From: Tepidisphaera sp.
Lineage (GTDB): Bacteria; Planctomycetota; Phycisphaerae; Phycisphaerales; UBA1924
NCBI GenBank assembly: GCA_050916045.1
Contig: CP051526.1
Location: forward strand, 3,712,001-3,776,000
DNA length: 64,000 bases
Reading direction: 5' to 3'
The number at the start of each line of letters is the position of its first letter. Within the stretch, counting starts at the first letter, position 1. This document shows positions 24,543 to 34,671 of this stretch, piece after piece. The translations under genes and the position numbers were made by a program. A model generated the notes under the pieces. That model saw nothing but the letters and a program-made list of their open reading frames with translations. It did not search any database and was not told the DNA's origin.

Positions 24543-26339
24543 GTGCCCCGCTCATCATCCGCCAAACCATCCGCGAAAACCGCCTCCGCGTCGCGTCGCA
24601 AGACCTCTCCCAAGAAGGTCGCCAAGCTGACTGCGCTCGGGCCCCCGACGAAATCCAAACAGGCCCGCGTCAAGCGCGAAAAGCCTGTCGAAACCGTCGC
24701 TTTCGTCAGCTTGGGCTGCCCCAAGAACCTCGTCGACTCCGAGAAAATGCTCGGCAGCCTGGCTGAGTCTGGAATCGTGCCCGTTTCGATCAACCCCGAA
24801 GGGGGCGACTTCGGCGGGGCCGACGCCGTCGTCATCAACACCTGCGGGTTCCTCGAAGCTTCGAAGGATGAGAGCCTGGGCGTCATCAAGGACGCCATCG
24901 CGGCCAAGGACCGCGGCGAGGTCCGCCGCGTCGTCGTCGCCGGATGCCTCGTCCAGCGACACCGCGCCAAGATGCTCGAATGGGCTCCGGGCATCGACGC
25001 GATGGTCGGCGTCTTCGACCGCGACAAGATCGTTGAAGCCGTCCGCCCGCCCGTCGTCTCGCGCGAGCAGATCGGCCTCTCCGGGTCGACGCCCTCTCCG
25101 GAACAGCCCAAGTACTGGATCGCCGGCAACGCTCTCACCGCCGCCAAAGACCGCGGCCTCAAGACCGTCGGCCTGACGGTCCAGGGCAAGGACGGCAAGG
25201 GCATCGGCTATTTCGAAGACGATTCCGCGCGCCTCCGTCTCACGCCGCGCCACTACGCCTACCTCCGCATCAGCGAAGGGTGCAACCAGAACTGCGCCTT
25301 CTGCACGATCCCGAGTATCCGCGGCAAGATGCGGAGCAAGGGGGCCGACCGCATCACCGCCGAGTGCCGCGAGCTCATCAACGACGGAGCCCACGAGCTC
25401 CTCCTCATCGGCCAGGACACCACAAGCTACGGCGATGACATCGGCGCGGGGCTCAAAGCACTTCGCGCCAGCGGACGCGCCCCGACGGACTTCGCCCAGC
25501 TCGGCGGGTTGCCGTCGCTCCTCAAGTCGCTTTCGGACACCATGACCGAGGCGGGAAGCAGCGGCTGGATGCGCCTCATGTACGCGTATCCGACCAACTT
25601 CTCCGACCCGATCATCGACGCTTTCGCCGAACTCGTCCACCAGAAGAACCCGCACCTCCTCCCCTACCTCGACATCCCCCTCCAGCACGCTTCCGACCGC
25701 GTCCTCTCGCTCATGCGCCGCCACGTCACCCGTGAGCAGCAGGCGAACGTCATCCGCAAGCTCCGCAAACGCATGCCCGACTTTGCCGTCCGCACCACCT
25801 TTATCTCGGGCTTCCCCGGGGAGACCGAAGCCGACCACAAGCAACTCCTCGAGTTCGTCGAAGAGATGCAGTTCGAAGCCGTCGGCGTCTTCGAGTACAG
25901 CCACGAGGAAGGCACCGTCGCCGGCACCATGGAAGAGGACAAAGCCCTCGCCGTCTCGCCCGAGGACAAAGCCCGCCGCCGCGGCGAGGTCATGGAACTT
26001 CAGCAGAAGATCGCTTTTGCCCGCCAGGCCGCCCGCGCCGCCAAGTTCGACGAGAAAAACCCCGAAAAGACCGGCGAACGACTCGACGTCATCATCGACG
26101 CCACCCTCCGAACCTCCGGCAAAGCCACCTCCGGCGTCGGCAGCGGCGGCAAGCTCTACCAGGGACGCACCACCTTCCAAGCTCCCCAAATCGACAGCGT
26201 CACCTACATCCAAAGCCACGACAAGCTCGCACCCGGCGAAGTCGTCCGCTGCGTCATCGTCGGTCACGACGGCTACGACCTCATCGCCAAGCCCGTCACC
26301 GAAATCGAGCGCCGCGTCGGACTCAAGGTCCTCCGCTAA
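24543..26339 (+). CDS. rimO: Ribosomal protein S12 methylthiotransferase
   Basis: SLGCPKNLVDSE, INTCGF, CNQNCAFC, GQDTT, LMYAYP, APQID. Confidence 0.95.
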   Translation: MPRSSSAKPSAKTASASRRKTSPKKVAKLTALGPPTKSKQARVKREKPVETVAFVSLGCPKNLVDSEKMLGSLAESGIVPVSINPEGGDFGGADAVVINTCGFLEASKDESLGVIKDAIAAKDRGEVRRVVVAGCLVQRHRAKMLEWAPGIDAMVGVFDRDKIVEAVRPPVVSREQIGLSGSTPSPEQPKYWIAGNALTAAKDRGLKTVGLTVQGKDGKGIGYFEDDSARLRLTPRHYAYLRISEGCNQNCAFCTIPSIRGKMRSKGADRITAECRELINDGAHELLLIGQDTTSYGDDIGAGLKALRASGRAPTDFAQLGGLPSLLKSLSDTMTEAGSSGWMRLMYAYPTNFSDPIIDAFAELVHQKNPHLLPYLDIPLQHASDRVLSLMRRHVTREQQANVIRKLRKRMPDFAVRTTFISGFPGETEADHKQLLEFVEEMQFEAVGVFEYSHEEGTVAGTMEEDKALAVSPEDKARRRGEVMELQQKIAFARQAARAAKFDEKNPEKTGERLDVIIDATLRTSGKATSGVGSGGKLYQGRTTFQAPQIDSVTYIQSHDKLAPGEVVRCVIVGHDGYDLIAKPVTEIERRVGLKVLR

Positions 26340-26365
26340 AGCACGATCCCCGGCTCGGCTTTCAT

Positions 26366-27760
26366 CTAGATCGCCAGCGGGCCCGTGCTGTCCGCAAAGC
26401 TCTCCTGCGGACACCCCGCCCGCTCGAGCATGGACAGGTAGAGGTTGCAAAGCGGCGTCTCGCGCGGCGACCGAACGATCCGGCCCGTCTCGATCGGCTT
26501 GCGATCCTTCCCGCCGCCGCCGCGACCAGCGACGAGGATCGGCAGGTCCTCGTGGTTGTGCTTGTTCCCGTCGCTGATACCCCCGCCGAACATGATCATC
26601 GAATGGTCGAGAAGCGTCCCCTCACCCTCGCGTGTCTCGGAGAGGTTCTTCACGAACCGGGCGAACCGCTCGACCATGAACAGGTCAATCTTCCTGATCT
26701 TCTCGATCATTTCCTGATTGTTCTGGTGGTGCGAGAGATGGTGGTGCCCCTCCTTGATCCCGATCTCCGGGTACGCCCGGTTGCTCCCGTCCACCGCGAG
26801 CATCAGCGTGCTGATCCGCGTCGTATCCGTCTGGAACGCGAGCAGAAGCATGTCGTACATCAGGTCCATGTGCTCGCCGACCTTGTCCGGGATCCCCGCG
26901 GGCGCGGGCATGGTCGGAAGCACCGGCGGCTTGGTCTCGGCTTTCGCACGCTCGATGCGAAGCTCGATCTCGCGGACCGCCGTCTGGAACTGGTCAAGCT
27001 TCCGGCGGTCGGCCGTGCCCAACCGATTCGAGATGGCTTTGGAATCCTCGAGCACGAAGTCCAGGATGCTCTGACGCCTGCTCAGCCTCTCCTGGGCCGC
27101 CGCCGTCTGTGTCGCGTCGCCGAAAAGCCGCTCGAACGCCGCAGCAGGGTCGATCAGCTTCGCCATCGGCGTCGTCTCGTCGCGCCACGAGATGTTCGAC
27201 GAGTACGCGCAGGAATACCCCGAGTCGCAGTTGCCCGCCGACGGCCCGTGCTCACAGCCAAGCTCAAGCGACGGCAGCCGCGTGCTGCTCCCAAGCTTCG
27301 ACGCCGCCAGTTGATCGATGCTGATGCCGTTCTTGATATCGTTCCCGGCCGTCTTGCGAGCCTGGCTGCCCGTGAGAAACGACGCAGACGAACGCGCGTG
27401 GTCACCCGGGCCGTCGCCGTTGGCGCGTGCTTTCTTCAGCGTCAGGCCGGTGTGGATGTTGAGATGCTGGCGGACCGCTTCCAGCGGCTTGAGCGTCGGC
27501 GAAAGCTCGAACGACTTCCCTTCACCCTTGGGGTCCCACGCGTCGTAGTTCACCCCGTTGGGCATGAACACGAACGCAAGCCGCATCGGCGGCGTCGCCA
27601 TCCCGGCCCCCACGCCCGTCGCCAGCCCCGCCGCTTCCCCGGCGCTCCCGACCGTCGCAGCGACCGCTTTGCTCACCGGCCCCATGCCCTCAAGCCACGG
27701 CAGCGCCATGGAGACGCCCAAGCCACGAAGCATGGTTCGACGGGAAAGATGCGTCCTCAT
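26366..27760 (-). CDS. DUF1552 family protein
   Basis: SRRTMLRG..LPWLE, PNG, CDSGYSCAY, AFQTDTTR, HHHLSHH. Confidence 0.9.
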   Translation of the reverse strand: MRTHLSRRTMLRGLGVSMALPWLEGMGPVSKAVAATVGSAGEAAGLATGVGAGMATPPMRLAFVFMPNGVNYDAWDPKGEGKSFELSPTLKPLEAVRQHLNIHTGLTLKKARANGDGPGDHARSSASFLTGSQARKTAGNDIKNGISIDQLAASKLGSSTRLPSLELGCEHGPSAGNCDSGYSCAYSSNISWRDETTPMAKLIDPAAAFERLFGDATQTAAAQERLSRRQSILDFVLEDSKAISNRLGTADRRKLDQFQTAVREIELRIERAKAETKPPVLPTMPAPAGIPDKVGEHMDLMYDMLLLAFQTDTTRISTLMLAVDGSNRAYPEIGIKEGHHHLSHHQNNQEMIEKIRKIDLFMVERFARFVKNLSETREGEGTLLDHSMIMFGGGISDGNKHNHEDLPILVAGRGGGGKDRKPIETGRIVRSPRETPLCNLYLSMLERAGCPQESFADSTGPLAI

Positions 27761-30150
27761 GGGTTCATGCTCCTTCCGCGGCACGTGCGGAATGTCTCGC
27801 TCAACACCACCGACTCCACCAGCGCCGAAAGCTTGTCCCCCTGCGCCCGCGTCTGCTTGGCGATCCGTGCGATCGCGGGCCGGTCAAACGGCTCGACGCC
27901 CCGCCCAAGCGCGTACGTCAGCACCTTGGCGCTCAGAGACTCCACAAACTGATCGCTCCGGGAGAGAAGCGTCTTCTTCAGGTCTTCCGAATTCCGGAGC
28001 ACCACCCCGCCCGGTAGCGTCCCGCTCGCATCGATCGGCTTGCCGTTCTCTTCCGTCCGCCACCGCCCCACCGCGTCAAAGTTCTCGAACGTCAGCCCCA
28101 GCGGATCCAGCCGGTTGTGGCACGCCGCGCAGCTCGCGACCGCGACGTGCGCCGCGAGCTGCTCGCGGACCGTCGCGCCGGGCTTGTTGTGCACCGCCTG
28201 CTCCAGCGGCGGGATGTCCGCCGGTGGCGGCGGGGGCGGCGTTCCCAGGATCTGATCCAGCACGAACAAGCCGCGCTTCACCGGGCTCGTCCGCGTCGTG
28301 TTGCTCGTCAGCGTCAGGATCGCGCCCATCGTGAGCACGCCCCCGCGCGGCGACCCCTCCGGCAGCGGCACGCGCCGGAACTCGTTCCCCTCCACGCCCG
28401 GAATCCCGTAGAACTTCGCGAGCTTGCCGTTCAGGAACGTCGCTTCGCTGTCGAGAAACTCCAGCACGCTCCGATCCGACCGGAGGACATCGCCGAAGAA
28501 GAGCGTCGCTTCCGCGTTCATCGCGTCGCGAAGCTTGTCGTCATACTCCGGGAACCGCTCCCGATCGATCGCGACGCTCTCGAGTCCGCGAAGCTGAAGC
28601 CACTGTCCCGAGAAGTTCTCGATGAACGCACGGCTCTTCCCGTCCGCGAGCATCCGCTTGACCTGAGCTTTCAGCCCCGCTTCCGTCACCAGCGACCCAT
28701 CCGCCGCCGCTTGCATCAGCGGCTCATCCGGCATGCTGCTCCACAGGAAGTACGAAAGCCTGCTCGCCAGTTCGTACCCGTCCAGCGTGTACCGCTCCAA
28801 AGCGTCCGCCGAACCTGGACGAGCGACGAACCGGAAGAGGAAACTCGGAGAGACAAGCGTCGCCGCCAGCGCCGTCCGCACCGCGGGCTCAAACTTCTGC
28901 CCGCGCTCTCGCTCCGCCCGGTACAGCTTCATGAGGCTCTCAACCTGCCGCTCACTCGCGGGCCTGCGATACGCCTTGGACGCGAAAACACCGAGCACCG
29001 CGTGCGCCCTCGCATCCTCGTTCCTCGCATCCGTCCCCACATCGAAGATCCGCCGCCAGACCGCCGGCCGCTCGGTCGTGGTTTCATCAAGCGGCCCGGC
29101 GACCGAGATCGACTCGATCCCCAGGTTCCGGTCGTACACATCCTTCTGGTACGCATCGTTCAGGAACTGCGCCGAGATCACCCGCGACCCCTTCGTCAGC
29201 TTGGTGCGAACCGAGAACTCCTGTGGGTCCTCGCGCGTGCCGATGACCGAGAATTCCTGCACCTGCCGGTTCCCCACGCGAAGCGAGAACCTCGCGTTCT
29301 CATCACCACCGCGCGTCTCCCACGCTTTCACCCGGATCAGATACTCACCCGTGACCGGCGCCTCGAACTTCCCCGTCGCCGGCCCGTTGGAGTACAGAAA
29401 GAACCCGCCGCGCGGCAAAGCCTGCCCGCTCTTGCCCTCCAGCGGCCGAAGATCACGCGGATGGTCGCCGCACTCGATCACCGGCCCCAGCGCCGTCGCG
29501 ATCGCTTTCTCCGCGGCTTCCAGATACTGCTCGATCGCGAGCGGCGATGTCGAAAGCACATCCGCGATGTTGTCAAACCCGTACCCGGTGTCGTCCCGCG
29601 GCAGCTTGGCCGAGAGATCCAATTCCGCCGGATCAATATCCAGCAGATCGCGGAGGGTGTTGCGATACTCCGCACGGTTCAGCCGATGAATCGTGAACCA
29701 GCCCGGATCGATCGCCGCATCCGTCGGCGTGAACGCGATCATCGCGTCAAGCCACTGCGTCATCGTCAGCCGCTCGTGATCCGACGGCTGCGGTTTGTTC
29801 TTCGGCGGCATCTCCCCCGACGAAACCATTTCGCGGAGAAGCCGCAGGTCCGCCCCCCCCGCGTGGATCTGACGAACGTCGCTCAGGTGGTCGAGCCGCG
29901 TCTCTCCCTTGGCTTCCTCGCCCGTGTGACACGACAGGCAGTACGTCGCCAGAAGCGGCTTGATGTCCTGCGTGTACCGCCCATCAAGCTCCGCCGCGAG
30001 CGCATCCGGCTCCGAGCCCGCTTTCGACACCCAGGACGCCGGCTGATCCTCGACTCGGCCCGCTGAAAGCGTCGCCAGCCCGGCCGCGACCGCAAGCGGG
30101 CCCGCGACTCCGAGGATGAGCGTCCGGCGAGATGGAATCCTGAGCGGCAT
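27757..30150 (-). CDS. Planctomycete cytochrome c / DUF1587-DUF1592-DUF1588-DUF1585 protein
   Basis: CLSCH, RLNRAEY, ELASRLSYFLWSSMPD, TSPVKRG, CAACH. Confidence 0.9.
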   Translation of the reverse strand: MPLRIPSRRTLILGVAGPLAVAAGLATLSAGRVEDQPASWVSKAGSEPDALAAELDGRYTQDIKPLLATYCLSCHTGEEAKGETRLDHLSDVRQIHAGGADLRLLREMVSSGEMPPKNKPQPSDHERLTMTQWLDAMIAFTPTDAAIDPGWFTIHRLNRAEYRNTLRDLLDIDPAELDLSAKLPRDDTGYGFDNIADVLSTSPLAIEQYLEAAEKAIATALGPVIECGDHPRDLRPLEGKSGQALPRGGFFLYSNGPATGKFEAPVTGEYLIRVKAWETRGGDENARFSLRVGNRQVQEFSVIGTREDPQEFSVRTKLTKGSRVISAQFLNDAYQKDVYDRNLGIESISVAGPLDETTTERPAVWRRIFDVGTDARNEDARAHAVLGVFASKAYRRPASERQVESLMKLYRAERERGQKFEPAVRTALAATLVSPSFLFRFVARPGSADALERYTLDGYELASRLSYFLWSSMPDEPLMQAAADGSLVTEAGLKAQVKRMLADGKSRAFIENFSGQWLQLRGLESVAIDRERFPEYDDKLRDAMNAEATLFFGDVLRSDRSVLEFLDSEATFLNGKLAKFYGIPGVEGNEFRRVPLPEGSPRGGVLTMGAILTLTSNTTRTSPVKRGLFVLDQILGTPPPPPPADIPPLEQAVHNKPGATVREQLAAHVAVASCAACHNRLDPLGLTFENFDAVGRWRTEENGKPIDASGTLPGGVVLRNSEDLKKTLLSRSDQFVESLSAKVLTYALGRGVEPFDRPAIARIAKQTRAQGDKLSALVESVVLSETFRTCRGRSMNP

Positions 30151-30259
30151 GCGTCCCCTCCAGCATACCACAAACAGACTCCGTTTCGTCACGATTTTCG
30201 GCCGCCGAGCACCCCAAAAACAGGAGGAGACTCGCGGTTTCGCGAGTCTCCAGCCCAAG

Positions 30260-30346
30260 CGGAGCGGGGGAGATTCGAACTCCCGAGACCCTTGCGGGTC
30301 TGCTCGATTTCAAGTCGAGTACTTTCAACCGCTCAGTCACCGCTCC
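30260..30346 (-). tRNA. tRNA-Ser(TGA)
   Basis: GGAGCGG stem, anticodon arm CTCGA-CTTGAAA-TCGAG, long variable arm. Confidence 0.95.
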
Positions 30347-30387
30347 GACGCATCCGCGCGGCATCCGCCACGGACGCTCCGCTCAAA

Positions 30388-30954
30388 CTATAAGGTCTTG
30401 CTCAGGATCGCCGAGACGTAGTTCGTGTACGGCCACTGCCAGTGCTCCACGAGCCGGTACCCGCGCTTGAGGTAGAACTGCATCAGCCTCGTGTCCGGCG
30501 CCGCCATGCTGCACGCAAGCTCCGCCGCGCCGCACTCCCGAGACCGCCGCTCCACCGTCTCCAGCATCAGGATCCCGATCCCCCGCCCCTGGATGTCCGG
30601 ATCCACCGCGAACTGCGAGAAGCTGTCGACGAAGCTGTTCTGGAACCACGGGGGACCCTGGTCGGGCTCCACCTCGTGAAACAGGATCACGCCGACGATC
30701 TTCTGCGACCGCCCGCCCTTCTCCCGGTTGGGCATGACCGCGACATAGCACTCCCCGCTGTGGCAGCGGCGGCGCGTCGTCTCATCATCCTGCCGACCCG
30801 CGAGCGGCTTGAGGCCCATCTCAACCTGCCCCGCGTACGCGCGGTGAAGCAGCTTGGTGATCTCGGGGATCGGATCGCGCGGCGACAGCAGCCTGATCGA
30901 CACGGGGTCGTTCGCGGAGGCGTCGGGTTTGGACTTGGATTCTGGTGTGGACAT
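30388..30954 (-). CDS. GNAT family N-acetyltransferase
   Basis: FAVDPDIQGRGIG, FYLKRGY. Confidence 0.88.
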   Translation of the reverse strand: MSTPESKSKPDASANDPVSIRLLSPRDPIPEITKLLHRAYAGQVEMGLKPLAGRQDDETTRRRCHSGECYVAVMPNREKGGRSQKIVGVILFHEVEPDQGPPWFQNSFVDSFSQFAVDPDIQGRGIGILMLETVERRSRECGAAELACSMAAPDTRLMQFYLKRGYRLVEHWQWPYTNYVSAILSKTL

Positions 30955-31022
30955 CGGGGCGACAACGATAGGAACCCCCGCAACCTCATGCGAAACCCGC
31001 CGAAGATCCCGTACAGTCGCGG

Positions 31023-31466
31023 ATGCCCGCCGACACGCCCCTGGTTCCCACCGCGCCCGTCCCCTCCGAAGGATCCGTCAGGCTCCGCGTGCGTTACTGC
31101 GAGTGCGACCCCATGAAGGTCGTCCACCACGCCGCCTACATCCCCTGGCTTGAAATCGCCCGAACCGAAATCCTCCGAGGCTGCGGCGTCAGCTACGCCC
31201 AGATGGAGGAATCCGGCGCCTTCCTCGTCATCGTCAAGCTCGAAGCCAAATACCGCAAGCCGGTCCTCTACGACGACATCGTCGAGGTCCGCGTCCGCGT
31301 CTCTGGCGGTGGCCGCGTCAAGATCGAGCACGAGTACGAGGTTGTCGTCGTCGAACGCGGCGGCAAGCCCGCCGACCTCAGCGCCTGCATCGCTTCAACC
31401 ACCCTCGCCTGCGTCGACGGCGAAGGCAAGCTCCGCGAACTGCCCGACTGGCTCATCGCCCGCTAA
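31023..31466 (+). CDS. Acyl-CoA thioesterase (YbgC/4HBT family)
   Basis: RVRYCECDPMKVVHHAAYIPWLEIAR, YRKP..YDD. Confidence 0.88.
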   Translation: MPADTPLVPTAPVPSEGSVRLRVRYCECDPMKVVHHAAYIPWLEIARTEILRGCGVSYAQMEESGAFLVIVKLEAKYRKPVLYDDIVEVRVRVSGGGRVKIEHEYEVVVVERGGKPADLSACIASTTLACVDGEGKLRELPDWLIAR

Positions 31467-31888
31467 AGCCCCGCCCACGACCGGAGCAGCTTGTCCATCG
31501 CCGCCGGCACCGGCATCACGCTCAGCCGGGAGTTTTTCACCAGCGCGAATTCCGCGAACCGCTTGTCGGCTTTGATCTGCGCCAGCGTGACGCGGCTCGG
31601 CAACCCTCGCACCGCCCGCAGATCCACCACGGCGAACTTCGGCTCCCCGCGATCGTTCCGGCCCGGCTGATCCGGGTCCTCGTACGCCGGCTTCACGACC
31701 TTGGCCAGACCGACCACCGCACGCTCCTCCCCCGTGTGGTAAATGAAGACGTCATCCCCCACCGCCGTGCCGCGCAGGTGGATCAACGCTTGCGCGTTCG
31801 TCACCCCGTCCCACCGCGCCTCCCGCTGCTCCTCGAGATCGCTGTAGGAAAACTCGTCAGGTTCGGTTTTGAAAAGCCACGTCGCCAT
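31463..31888 (-). CDS. EVE domain protein
   Basis: WLFKTEP, WDGV.N, GD..FIYH, RLSVMPV. Confidence 0.92.
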   Translation of the reverse strand: MATWLFKTEPDEFSYSDLEEQREARWDGVTNAQALIHLRGTAVGDDVFIYHTGEERAVVGLAKVVKPAYEDPDQPGRNDRGEPKFAVVDLRAVRGLPSRVTLAQIKADKRFAEFALVKNSRLSVMPVPAAMDKLLRSWAGL

Positions 31889-32165
31889 CGCGCACCTCCG
31901 CGTCAAGCCCCACCACCCGCTCCGCCCGCCCCGCCCACCGACCACCGACAATCTCCGCATCGATCCGATCGTCAAACGCCTCAAACCGCGCCGTCGCGCC
32001 ATCCGCCCGCCCCACCCGTACCGAAACCGGCGATCTGTCCAGAACCCGCCACGACCCGGCTCCCTCGGCCGCCAGCACCTCGATGCCGTGCGCAACAACC
32101 GCCGCCCGATCAAGCAGGATCCGCGCCCGTCGGCTGTTCCACGCGATCTCCGCTTCGTGCGCCAT
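31857..32165 (-). CDS. Hypothetical protein
   Basis: Protein-like ORF; TATGCT 5 nt before the ATG; heads a possible operon with the EVE gene. Confidence 0.55.
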   Translation of the reverse strand: MAHEAEIAWNSRRARILLDRAAVVAHGIEVLAAEGAGSWRVLDRSPVSVRVGRADGATARFEAFDDRIDAEIVGGRWAGRAERVVGLDAEVRDGDVAFQNRT

Positions 32166-32349
32166 GGCTCAGCATAGGGGTTCCGAGAACCGTCTCGAAC
32201 GCCCCGGATCGCACGTCCCGAAACCACGTTCGCGCCAATCCCCGCGCGTCATGAAGTCGCCAGCCCCAACAACCGATACATCGCGCATAGGCCGCGCAAC
32301 CGCTCCATCCGGACGGAGGCGTGCGCCTCCCAGAGGTCCGAGAAGCCGT

Positions 32350-34593
32350 ATGAACTCCGAGAACCCGAATAATTCACCGGCCACGAGCCTCCCCACCACC
32401 GATCCGGTGCTCGCCGACGCCCTTTCAGGCATCGAGCAAGGCCTCACCCAGATCCGACGCATGTCTCGCGAAGCCGACGAGCTCCGCCAGCGGCTCGACG
32501 CCCAGCAAGCCGCGCTTCGCTCACGCGAAATCGCCGTCGCCGACAAGATCACCGCGCTCGACGCCGACAAGCAGCAACTCGAAACCGAACGCCTCGCCCT
32601 CCGCGACGACCGCGCCGCTCTCGACGAACTCACCACCTGGACGGAACAGAAGCACGCCGAACTCGCCACCCGCGAGCAGGCTCTCCACACCCGCGAATCC
32701 ACCATCCACACCCGCGAAAGCGAGGTCGCCGAACTCGAATCCGGGCTCAACACCCGACGCGATGAGCTCCGAAGCCTTGCCGAGAACATTGAAGCCCGCA
32801 AATCCGAACTCGAATCCCGCGAGCAGGCCTTCGCGCAGCGCGAGAAAGCCCTCGCCGAACTCGAGTCCGCCCTGAACGCCCAACGCGACACCATCACCGC
32901 CCAGACCACCGAACTCGCCGCTCAACGGCAGAATCTCGCCGCCCAGGCCACCCGCCTCGCCGAAGTCGAGAAGGACATCGCCAAACGCGAAACCACCGCC
33001 AAGGAATCCCTCGCCAAAGCCGAACAGGCCGAAGCCCGCGCCAAACGCGACCAGACCGATCTCGCTCAGCTCCGCCAGAACCTCACCAGCGCCCAGCAGC
33101 AAGCTTCACAGATGCTCAAAGCTCTGCAGGAAGCCACCGCCCGCGCCGAAGCCGCCGAAAAAGTCGCTCTCGACCTCCGCACCGAACTCGACCTGTCCGC
33201 TTCCCGCGACGAGGAAGCCCAGGCCGCCGCTCAGGATCGCGATGCGCTCCGCAAAGCCGCCGAAACCCTCCGCGACAAGCTCCGCGAGACCGAGGAACGC
33301 GAAGCCCGCCTCAACGCCGCCGTCAAAGCCCTCCGCGAACAGGGCGACGTCCTCGCCAAGGAACGCGACGAACTTAAGATCGCCGTCGAACGCGCCAACG
33401 ACTCCGCCGCCAAAGCCAGCGCGGACCCCGCAGAACTCGCCTCGCTCAAATCCACCCTCGCAAAGGCGGAGTCCGAACGCGACGAAAACAGCACACGCCT
33501 CTCCGGCACGCTCAAGGAACTCGGCGACGCCCGCCTGATCATCGATGACCTCCGCGCTCAACTCGAACAGCACGAGAGAGACACCAAGGAGCTCGAAACC
33601 GTCCTCGACCAGCTCCGCGAACGCCTCCGCACCGAAGCCGCGAAAGCCGAAGCTTTCGCCGAGCAGGCTCGCGCCTCCGGCCAGACGCAGCCGGCACCCC
33701 AGACCGCCCCCGCCGCCGGAACTGCAAACCCCCTCCGGATGCGCCGCATCGAGCTCGCCCGCAAGCTCGCTCGCGACAAAGCCAAGAAGATCCGCCGCGT
33801 CAGCGACGCGCTCGGCAAGCGGTACGAGCAATGCGAACAGGTCCTCGCGCTCCGTCAGGATGTGCTCGCCGCCAAACGCACCGTCGAAGCCGCCCACCGC
33901 AAGCAGCAGGGCGAGGAAGCCCGAAGCCGCACCGCTTCCTCCCTCTTCTTCCTCGCCTGCACCGCGAGCGTCCTCGCCGTCGGAAGCTGGTTCCTCGCCG
34001 GACAGGTCGCCCCCGAAACCTACACCGCCAAGGTCGTCTTCGCCGCAGACAGCCCCGACCGCCAGCTCAGCGCCGGCGAACTCGAGGAGTGGAACTCCTT
34101 CCATACCCAGCTCGTCGAGGATCCTCGCTTCCACGAGTTCGCGTCGCAACGGCTCGGCAAGCAGGGCATCGCCGCTCTGGGCACGCCCACCGCACTCCGC
34201 GAACGCCTCAAGGAGTCCGCCGAGGTCACGAGCAACAAGCCCGGCGAGATGACCATCGAAATGAAGGGCCTCGGACGCGAACGCGTCGAACGCGAGCTTC
34301 AAATGATCGCCATCACCCTCCAAAGCCAAGCCCGCGAAGCCAAGGACCGACGCGCAGACGGCGCCAACACCATCATCAGCCAGCCCGCCAAAGCCGGCGC
34401 CGAACCTGTCGAAAGCGTCCGCATGGTCTACGCCGGAGGCATCTTCGGCGGCGGAGTCCTCATCTTCGGAGTCCTCGCCGGAGTCTTCTGGTCACGCCTC
34501 GCCAACGCCAAGATGAAGTTCGACCTCAGCCAGTCCGTCGAAGCCACAGCCGATGAAGAACGCTGGAACAAGTTCGAACGCAAAGCAGCTTGA
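32350..34593 (+). CDS. Long coiled-coil membrane protein with two C-terminal TM helices
   Basis: About 500 aa of E/A/L/R heptads, then TM - soluble domain - TM. Confidence 0.8.
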   Translation: MNSENPNNSPATSLPTTDPVLADALSGIEQGLTQIRRMSREADELRQRLDAQQAALRSREIAVADKITALDADKQQLETERLALRDDRAALDELTTWTEQKHAELATREQALHTRESTIHTRESEVAELESGLNTRRDELRSLAENIEARKSELESREQAFAQREKALAELESALNAQRDTITAQTTELAAQRQNLAAQATRLAEVEKDIAKRETTAKESLAKAEQAEARAKRDQTDLAQLRQNLTSAQQQASQMLKALQEATARAEAAEKVALDLRTELDLSASRDEEAQAAAQDRDALRKAAETLRDKLRETEEREARLNAAVKALREQGDVLAKERDELKIAVERANDSAAKASADPAELASLKSTLAKAESERDENSTRLSGTLKELGDARLIIDDLRAQLEQHERDTKELETVLDQLRERLRTEAAKAEAFAEQARASGQTQPAPQTAPAAGTANPLRMRRIELARKLARDKAKKIRRVSDALGKRYEQCEQVLALRQDVLAAKRTVEAAHRKQQGEEARSRTASSLFFLACTASVLAVGSWFLAGQVAPETYTAKVVFAADSPDRQLSAGELEEWNSFHTQLVEDPRFHEFASQRLGKQGIAALGTPTALRERLKESAEVTSNKPGEMTIEMKGLGRERVERELQMIAITLQSQAREAKDRRADGANTIISQPAKAGAEPVESVRMVYAGGIFGGGVLIFGVLAGVFWSRLANAKMKFDLSQSVEATADEERWNKFERKAA

Positions 34594-34614
34594 CGACAAC
34601 CGACGCCCAAACAC

Positions 34615-34647
34615 AAAAGCCCCGGGCCGTCAGCCCGGGGCTTTCTT
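34615..34647. terminator. Bidirectional intrinsic terminator
   Basis: AAAGCCCCGGGC-cgtca-GCCCGGGGCTTT between convergent genes. Confidence 0.8.
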
Positions 34648-34671
34648 GTTGATTCACTCGTCATGAACTGT

